Source of the DNA: a virus
Taxonomy: Duplodnaviria > Caudoviricetes
Direction: 5' to 3' (one strand)
IMG/VR virus record: IMGVR_UViG_3300031732_000074
Coordinates: 1 to 38,391 of that record
Length of the DNA: 38,391 bases
A program made the position numbers and the translations under genes. Numbering within the stretch: position 1 is the stretch's first letter; every line of letters begins with the position of its first letter. Under the pieces are notes generated by a model. It was not told where the DNA came from, searched no databases, and saw only the letters and a program-made list of their open reading frames with translations. This document shows positions 17,173 to 25,076 of the stretch, piece by piece.

Positions 17173-18057
17173 CTACGACTCGTCCTCGTCCCGTTCTCGG
17201 GCGGCGCGAACGTCCGAGACGCGCCTGTTCACCGTGACCTTGTGCGTTGAGGTGGCGTTCGCGGCTTCCTCCTGTGTCACGTCTACGCGGTTGTCCTTCG
17301 CGGCTATCCAGTAGATAGCGGCGGCGACGGGTTCGGGGCTTTTGCCGTTGAGAAAGCCCGCGCCCGCGACTTCCTGAACGACGGCGCGGGCCTTCCCGAG
17401 GAGTTCGTCGGGGACGCCCTCGACGTTCGTGTGAACCTGTTCGACCGCCGTTATGAGTGCGTCTGTGTCGTCCGAGGTCATTTTCTGCGTTTCCTGAACC
17501 TCCTCGCCGCGGAGGGAAAGCACCGCCCGATAGGTATTCCTGATAGAGACTTTCGAGACGCCGAACGCCTCGAAGTCGTCCTGTGTAAGCCCCGCGTCCG
17601 TGAGACGAGACGCGGCATACAGGCACACGGCGGCGGAGACAGACGGCGACCGGGACCCGAACAGTTCGGCCGCGCCTTCCTCGTAGAGGTCCGCCGCTGT
17701 TTGGGTCGTCGCCTCGGTGAGGTCGAGGTCGTTCGCGTAGCGGTCTATGAACTCCGTCGGGGGGACTAACTGTAGCCCGTCGAGGTCTAAGTTCTCAACG
17801 ACGCGCTTATACTCGCGCCCGACCGCCGTCTCTCCGACTCCGGCGGCCTCGGCAACCTGTTCGACGGTGACGGGTTCGCCCTCGTCGCGGGCGGCGACGT
17901 AGACGACGGCGGGATAGGTCCGGTCGTCGTCGGGTTTCTGATAGCCGGTGCGTTCGAGGCGTTCGAGAATCATAGCGGCGTAACTCCCGATGGACTCGGG
18001 GAGGTCCGCCGCCGCCGCTATCGCCTCGGGTTCCCGAAGTGGTTCAGCGGTGGGCAT
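17173..18057 (-). CDS. TFIIB/TFB-like protein with three cyclin-fold repeats and no Zn ribbon
   Basis: Three copies of the pattern [GS][KR]SP..AA..Y.A....(LT/VT)Q.E.A...V: YPAVVYVAAR/PVTVEQVAE, RSPSVSAAVCLYAAS/LTQDD, GKSPEPVAAAIYWIAA/VTQEEAA. Confidence 0.85.
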   Translation of the reverse strand: MPTAEPLREPEAIAAAADLPESIGSYAAMILERLERTGYQKPDDDRTYPAVVYVAARDEGEPVTVEQVAEAAGVGETAVGREYKRVVENLDLDGLQLVPPTEFIDRYANDLDLTEATTQTAADLYEEGAAELFGSRSPSVSAAVCLYAASRLTDAGLTQDDFEAFGVSKVSIRNTYRAVLSLRGEEVQETQKMTSDDTDALITAVEQVHTNVEGVPDELLGKARAVVQEVAGAGFLNGKSPEPVAAAIYWIAAKDNRVDVTQEEAANATSTHKVTVNRRVSDVRAARERDEDES

Positions 18058-18167
18058 GGTTTGTTCGAGAGGACATACGGGAGTCCGCATTAAAATGTTA
18101 TCGGAGATAATAGTCTACTCGTGTCGGACAGTTTTATGTACCCTTTCCCGTAATCGGTCACTACGGT

Positions 18168-18665
18168 ATGGCACAGGACAGAACACCCGCGACCCTCGAC
18201 GACTACGCGACCACCGAGGACGGCGAGGACGGCGAGGACGACGAGGCGACCCGGGAACGACCGCCGTCGGTTCAGAAACGCAAACAGATACTCCTCCCCG
18301 AGACGAGTCGGCCCGTCGGGTCACTCGTATGGGACGACGCCCGAGGATGGAACGCCTACCTCTCGTCCCGGACGGAGGCGGACAACTACTTTCGGATTCA
18401 CAACGCCTACCCGATTAGTGTCTCCCTCCTCGGGCGGCTACAACACTACGAGGTCGAACGCGTCCTGATAGCCGTCCGGGACGACTCCGATTACGGTCAC
18501 GGGACCGTCTACGAGTTCGACCTGTCGGCCTACTACCCCGAGAACGCCCCCGTCTACGAGTGGGACCGCGAGGACTCCGACGACGTGGATAAACAGACGT
18601 GTCCCGATAAGGACGACGACGCCTACCGCGTGTGGTCCGAACTCGGAAACGACCTGTTCGGCTAA
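18168..18665 (+). CDS. hypothetical protein with MAQD start
   Basis: Acidic 165 aa ORF, divergent from the TFB-like gene; starts ATGGCACAGGAC. Confidence 0.8.
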   Translation: MAQDRTPATLDDYATTEDGEDGEDDEATRERPPSVQKRKQILLPETSRPVGSLVWDDARGWNAYLSSRTEADNYFRIHNAYPISVSLLGRLQHYEVERVLIAVRDDSDYGHGTVYEFDLSAYYPENAPVYEWDREDSDDVDKQTCPDKDDDAYRVWSELGNDLFG

Positions 18666-18668
18666 TCC

Positions 18669-19145
18669 ATGTCGAACGACGAACCGCGGGACGACGACGG
18701 GGGCGAGGAGACACGGCCACCCTCTCCGAACGACCGACAGGAGGCGCGGGCGGCGATACGCCGGGCGTTCGAGGAGGACGAGGACGGAGATATACAGGAA
18801 CTACTCCTGCGGACACACGTTGAGGTCGGGGGCGAGGAGGTATCCCTGTGGTCGGTTGCGAATGACGTTCGCCTGAAAGAGGAGTATCGCCGGGAGTATC
18901 GGACACTATGGAAAAGTGTCGCGGAGGAGACGAAACGCGGTATCATTATCGCCCTTCTCCGGGCGGAACCGCTGTTCTACGACGACCTCACGGAGTGGAC
19001 CGGGACGACACGCCGGACGGTGAGAAGCCACGCCTACGACCTTCGAGACGCCGGAGTGCTACAGGTCGGCGGGTATCCCGCGACCGTCTCGTTCCCGAAC
19101 GACGACCTCCGACTGTTGGCCGCGAACGTTATCGCACAGTTCTAA
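18669..19145 (+). CDS. C-terminal winged-HTH (ArsR-like) DNA-binding protein
   Basis: KRGIIIALL...YDDLTEWTGTTRRTVRSHAYDLRDAGVL. Confidence 0.8.
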   Translation: MSNDEPRDDDGGEETRPPSPNDRQEARAAIRRAFEEDEDGDIQELLLRTHVEVGGEEVSLWSVANDVRLKEEYRREYRTLWKSVAEETKRGIIIALLRAEPLFYDDLTEWTGTTRRTVRSHAYDLRDAGVLQVGGYPATVSFPNDDLRLLAANVIAQF

Positions 19146-19524
19146 CCGACGACTCGCGGCCACCGTTCACTTTCACATTCACCACGGACGGCCGAGTGTA
19201 TCACGGACCACTTTCACTACGCTGTTAACGGAGGGAGACGGACCCCGTTATAAAGGAACAGGGGAGAAGGGGAACGAACAGGCGGCGGTTCTCCCTCCCG
19301 GACGGCCGTCGGGAGGACGCCACCCCGACGCCGTATGGTGAGTAGGAAACGAATTTTCCTGTTTCCCAATATTACCGCCACCCCCTACGCCGCAATAGCC
19401 ACCGACCGAGAGGAGACGGTGAGGGCGGTCCTCAACCGTCCCGATGAAACCGCTTCCACGCCGCCCCCGCTAAAACTCTTTTTCTATGAGAACAAGTGTG
19501 GTTGTGGGAGGTGTCTACGTTGAG

Positions 19525-19640
19525 GGGGTCGCCCCGGGCGACCCCTCCGCCACGGCGGGGCGACGACCGGTCGTCGCCCCGTCGGGGCTATTCCCTCCGG
19601 GAATAACGCCCCTCGGGGGCGACTCCGCGACGGTCGTCGC
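19525..19640. repeat. array of seven contiguous short inverted repeats
   Basis: Includes the 24 bp perfect palindrome 19557-19580, GGGGTCGCCC-C-GGGCGACCCC and TATTCCC-TCC-GGGAATA. Confidence 0.8.
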
Positions 19641-19710
19641 CTACGGTGTTAACGGCATACGGAACGCGTTTCTGCTACGGGTAGTTAAAGTTACCGGACG
19701 AGGACGGACG

Positions 19711-20196
19711 TTAGTCTCCGGGCGTCCCGTCCCCACCGGGCCGCCCGTCCCCGCCACCGTCCTGGCCCGTGTCTCGGTCGTCCGGGTCGGGTGTGGGACC
19801 GCCGTCTCGTCGGAAGAACGGTTCGTCCACGTCCCCGGGTTCTATCCCTTCGACCTCCGCGACGACCCGCCGTAGATACGACTCCGTTTTCTGGTTGTGT
19901 CGGTCCTGTCGTCGTTGTAGTTTCTCGACCGACGTGTTCAAACACTCTACGTCGGCCTCGATTTTCTGTAGGCGGTTCTCCGTCTCCTGAAAATGCCCCT
20001 CGTTCGTAGAGTCTACCTGTGTCCCGCGTGGGTCCTTCCCGGTGAGTGACTGTATGACCGGGAACACGATGTTTCTGAACCAGCGTTCATGTCGGTACAA
20101 CCACCCGGCGAACGCCCCGCCCGCGGTTAGGACGACCCCGAGGAGAATCTGAAACTCCGTTACGGTTATCTGTAACGGGTAGGGTCCCATTACCAC
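19711..20196 (-). CDS. membrane protein with coiled coil, holin-like candidate
   Basis: N-terminal TM ILLGVVLTAGGAFAGWLY, then heptad region; located at the end of the virion module. Confidence 0.6.
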   Translation of the reverse strand: MVMGPYPLQITVTEFQILLGVVLTAGGAFAGWLYRHERWFRNIVFPVIQSLTGKDPRGTQVDSTNEGHFQETENRLQKIEADVECLNTSVEKLQRRQDRHNQKTESYLRRVVAEVEGIEPGDVDEPFFRRDGGPTPDPDDRDTGQDGGGDGRPGGDGTPGD

Positions 20197-20250
20197 TACC
20201 GGGGCGTCGTATGAAGTAAAACCCTCACTACGCGTTTCCCCGGAAAATCG

Positions 20251-20448
20251 CTATACGTCGTCCTCATCCGCGAAGTCCTCGCCGGAGTGTCGAAGGTAGT
20301 CCTCGCCCGTGTCGAGGATGGTCGCCCTATCGCCCGAGATATACACGTAGTTCGAGGCGTCCCCTATCGGTCGGGTCGCCGTCCCTTTCGTTGATTGTAG
20401 CCCTTCTATGCCGTCCGCCTGTGCGTTCGCGCCGGTCCACGTCACCAT
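20251..20448 (-). CDS. small hypothetical protein
   Basis: 65 aa acidic ORF in the operon. Confidence 0.6.
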   Translation of the reverse strand: MVTWTGANAQADGIEGLQSTKGTATRPIGDASNYVYISGDRATILDTGEDYLRHSGEDFADEDDV

Positions 20449-20449
20449 A

Positions 20450-20698
20450 TCAGGACCGCCTCGTTACGACGAGGTTCTTACCGGACCGATACACGTAGGT
20501 CGCCTCAACCGCCTCGGGTATCTTTTTGACTCGAACGCCGGCCTCGACGGTGGCCTCTCCGACCGAGGCGGTGCGACTCCGGGGCGTCTTATCGCCGTCG
20601 GTCGTCGTCGCCGTCCCGACCGAGGCGGTGCGACTCCGGGGCGTCTTATCGCCGTCGGTCGTCGTCGCCGTCCCGACCGAGGCGGTGAATGAAGCCAT
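20450..20698 (-). CDS. small protein with an exact 19 aa duplication
   Basis: TASVGTATTTDGDKTPRSR x2 plus TASVG. Confidence 0.65.
   Translation of the reverse strand: MASFTASVGTATTTDGDKTPRSRTASVGTATTTDGDKTPRSRTASVGEATVEAGVRVKKIPEAVEATYVYRSGKNLVVTRRS
20559..20687. repeat. perfect 57 bp tandem repeat, about 2.3 copies
   Basis: ccgaccgaggcggtgcgactccggggcgtcttatcgccgtcggtcgtcgtcgccgtc repeated without mismatch. Confidence 0.95.
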
Positions 20699-20704
20699 AG
20701 TCTG

Positions 20705-21514
20705 TTAGTCCTTGAACAGTATCCACACGTCCTCCGCCGCGTAGACCGTGTAGCCCGTTCCGTCTATAGAGACGGTATCCTTGTGGGCTAACCCGCCGCG
20801 GTTCTCGTACCACAGGTCATGTGTCCCGATGATAGTGTCCCGGCCCTCAACCTGTAGCGGGTCGGCGGTTATCACGTTCGGCGTCGCGGCGGGGGCGTCG
20901 GTGAAGTTCGCGTCCGGGTTCCCGACGACCCACCCCCTGAAACTCGGGCTTCGACTGTTATTATCCCACGTCGAGTAGTTGTTCGTGAACTCGAAGCCAC
21001 CGTATTCCGCGAGTCCGCCCGCCCCGAGGAACGCCCACTCCGAAAAGGAAGCGTTCGCCGCCGAGAGGTTCCACGCCTCGTCTACTCGCGCACACCCGAC
21101 GGCCATGTCTCGGTTGTCGCCGTCGCCTTCCTCCCGCTGTAGGTAGAAGACCCACGAATTACCGTCCGCGGAGAACCAGTAGGTCACTTGGTCGCCTGAA
21201 CGTATCGGGTCGTCCGTGATGGGGGCGTAGCCGCCGTTATTGTTTTGTCGCGGGTAATTCGCGTAGCGGTTCGTCCATGAGTCGTTCGCGGCGTCGAAGT
21301 CCTCTCCGAACTCGTAGTTTTGCCCCCTGTAATTCCCTATCTCTAACTTCATGTCCTCGCCGGTCGGCATGGAAAACCCGACGTACTCGTTGTAGTTGAG
21401 TTCGCCCGCGGTTGACTGATTACTTCCCGTTCTCGACCACCCCGAGACGTTCCCTATTTTCGTCGCTATCTCGTCACTTATCTCGTTCCACGGGCCGCTA
21501 CCTGTCGAAACCAC
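20705..21514 (-). CDS. putative virion/adsorption protein, paralog A
   Basis: Aromatic/Gly/Asn-rich; aligns by eye with 21516-22379; GTG start. Confidence 0.7.
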   Translation of the reverse strand: MVSTGSGPWNEISDEIATKIGNVSGWSRTGSNQSTAGELNYNEYVGFSMPTGEDMKLEIGNYRGQNYEFGEDFDAANDSWTNRYANYPRQNNNGGYAPITDDPIRSGDQVTYWFSADGNSWVFYLQREEGDGDNRDMAVGCARVDEAWNLSAANASFSEWAFLGAGGLAEYGGFEFTNNYSTWDNNSRSPSFRGWVVGNPDANFTDAPAATPNVITADPLQVEGRDTIIGTHDLWYENRGGLAHKDTVSIDGTGYTVYAAEDVWILFKD

Positions 21515-21515
21515 G

Positions 21516-22379
21516 TTAGGACCACCGCATTACTAAGCGGGCGTTGTAGGCCCGTTTTACTTTGAATTGGACGGTCCCGCCGGAGTCCTCTATCAGGTCG
21601 TTGTGTGCCGCCCCCTGTCCGCCCTTGAACCAGTTACTATGTTCCGCGACGGGCGTCTGTCCTGTTTGAGAGTCGTTGTTACCCCGAGTGTAGGTCGTCT
21701 CGTATGCACCGGAGGAGAGGACGACCGGCGTCGAATAGGGGAAGTTATCTACGGCGGAATCAGGGTTTCCCGTCCCGAACCCGGCTACTCTACTTCCTAC
21801 GCCGCCCTCGCCGAATATATGGTAATACTCTCGGTAGTAGTTTTCATCGTAGCGTCGGTTCCCGCCCATGCCGACGACGCCCTCGGACTCCCGCGTAGCG
21901 GCGTTCGAGTAGTTCCATATCTGTGTGAGGTCGGTCCACCCCCAAAAGAAATCGGCGTCTCGTCCGTCGCCGGTCGTCCGTTCAGCGTAGAACATGAACC
22001 CACTCGGAGAGGTCCACAGGTCCCACGCGACGCTATCACTCGGGGAGGCGGAATCGTAGTCTCCCTCCCGCGGAGTAAGTTCATAATTGAACTTGGCGTC
22101 GCCCGAGGTCCCGGAGACGCTATACTCGTCGTCCCACGACTCGGTGGCGGTGTTCCAGTCCGGGCCATACTCGTATCCGACGGCGATATTGTATTCCGGG
22201 GCCATGCGGAGGTCTTCCCCGGAGGGAAGCGACCACACGAACCAGTCTCCGCTACCGCCTAACGACGCCGCGCCGCCGCTGTTGTCCTGTTTGAGGGAGA
22301 ACCCGGAGGTGGCGGCCACCTCGTCGCGGAGGGTGGCTAAACTCTCGCCCCACGTCGTCGCGCCGGACTGTGTTGCCAT
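21516..22379 (-). CDS. putative virion/adsorption protein, paralog B
   Basis: Shares SLPSGEDL/SMPTGEDM, YEYGPDW/YEFGEDF, GNPD and AHND/AHKD with its neighbour. Confidence 0.7.
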   Translation of the reverse strand: MATQSGATTWGESLATLRDEVAATSGFSLKQDNSGGAASLGGSGDWFVWSLPSGEDLRMAPEYNIAVGYEYGPDWNTATESWDDEYSVSGTSGDAKFNYELTPREGDYDSASPSDSVAWDLWTSPSGFMFYAERTTGDGRDADFFWGWTDLTQIWNYSNAATRESEGVVGMGGNRRYDENYYREYYHIFGEGGVGSRVAGFGTGNPDSAVDNFPYSTPVVLSSGAYETTYTRGNNDSQTGQTPVAEHSNWFKGGQGAAHNDLIEDSGGTVQFKVKRAYNARLVMRWS

Positions 22380-22385
22380 GTCGGG

Positions 22386-22715
22386 CTACGCCTCCGGGTC
22401 CGGGTCCGGGTTCGGGTCGCCGCCGTCCGTCGCCGTCTCCGTCTCGCCCGTCCTCCCGGACTCGCCCTCCGCGTTCCCGCCTTCGACGCCGCCCTCGTTC
22501 TCGACCGCTACCTCCTCCTGTGCGGCGGCGCGGGCGAGTTGTTCCCGCTGGTTCGCCTGTTGTTCGCGTTCCTGTTTCAGGGTCGTGTATGCCTGTGGGA
22601 TAGCGTCGTCGAGGAGACGCGACAGGACCGCCTCGGGCGTTGAGTCCGTCCACGCCGCGAGACGGTCTATCTGTGCGTCGTACACGTCGTCCGGGTCTAC
22701 CTCGTACTCCGTCAT
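22386..22715 (-). CDS. small helical protein (MTEYEVD...)
   Basis: Acidic with a coiled-coil-like Q/E/R stretch. Confidence 0.7.
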   Translation of the reverse strand: MTEYEVDPDDVYDAQIDRLAAWTDSTPEAVLSRLLDDAIPQAYTTLKQEREQQANQREQLARAAAQEEVAVENEGGVEGGNAEGESGRTGETETATDGGDPNPDPDPEA

Positions 22716-22751
22716 ACCGTCGCCCACGGCGTGCGGGAGTAAAAGGGTACG

Positions 22752-23072
22752 CTACGAGTTCCCGGGAAGTTGTGGAGTGCCGTCGCTATCCCGAGAGGTC
22801 GGGCCGTTCGGGAGTAAGACGGTCGTGCCGTCTTCGAGTTCGAGTTCGTCGGTCCGGTCTACCATGTCGTCCGCGACGGCCCACAGTTTCACCAAACGGG
22901 TCTTGAATGTCTCCTGTGCCTCCGCGTAGGCGTCGTCGTTCACCGATACGCCCGTTTGGTCCGAGAGTTCAGTAAGTTCCTCTAACTGGGATAGGGCGTC
23001 TATCAGTCCGTCCTCCCCGCCCGCCCCGCGGAGTTCTGTCTGAATATCATGTATGTCCGTTCGTGACACCAT
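22752..23072 (-). CDS. hypothetical protein, possible fibre chaperone (MVSRTDIH...)
   Basis: Acidic helical ORF directly after the tail fibre gene; function inferred from position only. Confidence 0.65.
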   Translation of the reverse strand: MVSRTDIHDIQTELRGAGGEDGLIDALSQLEELTELSDQTGVSVNDDAYAEAQETFKTRLVKLWAVADDMVDRTDELELEDGTTVLLPNGPTSRDSDGTPQLPGNS

Positions 23073-23115
23073 ACTGTCCGTAGAGGGGTGTCCATTACAA
23101 AACTTTGCGTCCCGT

Positions 23116-24993
23116 CTACGAGAGGACTGTCGTGTTACCCGCCTCGTCCACGACGACGACCTCTCCACTTGAATTTATGAAAAATCCCGCGCCACCGTTC
23201 CCCATTTGAACCGCTGGGTTGCTTGAGGTCCCCGGGGCTGTCGTGGCTTGTAATACTCTTATTCCAGAAATACTGCTTACAAAGTTTTCACCATTCCTCG
23301 GCAGTCTAAACACTATATCCTCGGGGACCGCACCGGACTGGTCAAAATCAGTTTCTCCTCCACCTGTTCCAGTTCGGTTAAAGTAAAACGACTGTCCGTT
23401 GCTTGCAGTTCGGAAGTCCCAAGTATTGTTTGGCGTTTGTAGACTAAACCTTACTTGCCCCTCAGTTGACCGTACATTAAATATCTTTTTCGGGCTTCGC
23501 GTCCCGTCATAGACCGCACTAAGAACCGGGCCACTTGATGCGTCTTTTATCAAGGCTTCTTTTGAGGTTATGCCTGCGCCTTCCTCCGCCACGAGGAGGT
23601 TCTGTGAGTTCGCTATGTCCCGGAGAATAATAGAATCCGACCCCCCGCCCTGTGTCTGTATCTTATCGGCGTTGAGGAGGGTCTGTCCGCCGAGGTCCCG
23701 GTCGGTGAGAGACGTAAGAGAGAACGGACTATTGAGGTCGCCTATCGGCAGGGGATACGAGGACAGGGACGACGCCGGACCGCCGAGTTCAGACTGAACG
23801 AACTCCCCGGCGGTCGCGTCGTAAAGCGTCGTCGCCCCATCTACGAGGTCCGACCCGGCTACGTCCATATCCGATATGGACGGAAGGGCGTAGGGCGAGT
23901 CGAGGTCCCCGACAGGGAGAGGATACGAGGAGAGAGAGGAGGCGGGGCCACCGAGGACGTTCTGTAGGACGACTCCGGCGGAGGCGTCGTAGATAACGCC
24001 GGGTCCGGCGGAGTCCGAGAGGTCGGTCCCCGCGGCGTCCATGTCCGATATGGACGGGAGAGAGAACGGACTGTTGAGGTCTGCTATCGGTAGTGGGTAA
24101 GACGACAGGGACGAGGCGGGACCGCCGAGTTCGGATTGAACGAACTCTCCGGCCGTCGCGTCGTAGAGAGTCGTCCCGGCGTCTACGAGGTTCGTTCCCG
24201 CTACGTCCATGTCGGTGATAGAGGAGAGTGAAAACGGACTGTTCAGGTCCCCTATCGGTAGCGGATACGAGGAGAGGGACGCCGCCGGTCCACCGAGTCG
24301 CCCCTGTGGGACCTCCGTCGCGGACAGGTCGTAGACGACGTTCGTCCCGTCGGTAATGTCCCCGCCGGAGGCGGTGAGGTCCCCCGCGGAGACGGTCGCG
24401 CCGCCGCCCGAAACGAGTAGCCCGCCCGAGGATATGTCCAACTGTCCGGTCATGGTGTCGCCGGACTCGTCTACGTAGTCGTCCGATATTTCCCCTAACG
24501 CGCCCTCAACGGTATCCGAGGCGTAGTCCCCCGCGGAGTCCTCTAAGTAGGTCGCGTCCGCCCGGTCCCCGAGGCTTTGCCAATTCTTCACCTCCGAGTC
24601 GGTTACGTCCGTCTGTCCGTCCGCAACGTAGACGTAGGCTATCCCGAACTCCCCCGCCTGTAGGAGGGGCGGTTCAGGTTCTAATTCAGGCGTCCCCTCT
24701 CGAACGGCGGGACTGGGGACTCCGGTGTCGTAGTAAACGAGGTCCCACCTGTCGTCCCCGGCGGTGTTCGACGAGAGGGTGAACGTTGAGGCGGCCCCTT
24801 CCGAGTAGACCGTCCCGTTGTAGAACACCTCGCCCGCGGCGACCTGTATCTCGTTTGCGTTCGCCGTCGTCGTCACGTTCAGGTCGCCCTCGGTGAGAAC
24901 GCCGTTCCCGCCGACGCCTTCCGCCACCATATCTAACGAGAGGTCGAAAAGCGGGTCGTTTTGGGGCCACTCGTACCCCGGCGTCGTCGTCAT
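23116..24993 (-). CDS. tail fibre protein
   Basis: N-terminal anchor-like domain (IQVAAG...RWDLVY...EPEPP...IAYVYV), four ~56 aa repeats, divergent C-terminal domain. Confidence 0.8.
   Translation of the reverse strand: MTTTPGYEWPQNDPLFDLSLDMVAEGVGGNGVLTEGDLNVTTTANANEIQVAAGEVFYNGTVYSEGAASTFTLSSNTAGDDRWDLVYYDTGVPSPAVREGTPELEPEPPLLQAGEFGIAYVYVADGQTDVTDSEVKNWQSLGDRADATYLEDSAGDYASDTVEGALGEISDDYVDESGDTMTGQLDISSGGLLVSGGGATVSAGDLTASGGDITDGTNVVYDLSATEVPQGRLGGPAASLSSYPLPIGDLNSPFSLSSITDMDVAGTNLVDAGTTLYDATAGEFVQSELGGPASSLSSYPLPIADLNSPFSLPSISDMDAAGTDLSDSAGPGVIYDASAGVVLQNVLGGPASSLSSYPLPVGDLDSPYALPSISDMDVAGSDLVDGATTLYDATAGEFVQSELGGPASSLSSYPLPIGDLNSPFSLTSLTDRDLGGQTLLNADKIQTQGGGSDSIILRDIANSQNLLVAEEGAGITSKEALIKDASSGPVLSAVYDGTRSPKKIFNVRSTEGQVRFSLQTPNNTWDFRTASNGQSFYFNRTGTGGGETDFDQSGAVPEDIVFRLPRNGENFVSSISGIRVLQATTAPGTSSNPAVQMGNGGAGFFINSSGEVVVVDEAGNTTVLS
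23680..24365 (-). repeat. four degenerate ~56 aa repeats in the tail fibre
   Basis: LGGPA[AS]SLSSYPLP[IV][GA]DL[ND]SP[FY][SA]L x4. Confidence 0.9.
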
Positions 24994-25076
24994 ACCTCCG
25001 GCGAGGAACGCCGTCGCCTAAGTAGTTCCCTACGGAGTCGGTGTCGCGTCGGGAGAGAAGTGCCGGAGTCGAAGCG

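Noticed and set aside
19146-19710. tRNA gene or att site in the intergenic region
   Set aside because: No cloverleaf with a T-loop GTTCRA; no integrase in the window
20559-20687. Direct repeats as a possible mini-CRISPR array
   Set aside because: Units are contiguous and identical with no unique spacers, and lie in frame within a CDS
20705-24993. Possible diversity-generating retroelement or invertible fibre system
   Set aside because: No reverse transcriptase, recombinase, adenine-variant template repeat or flanking inverted repeats seen in the window
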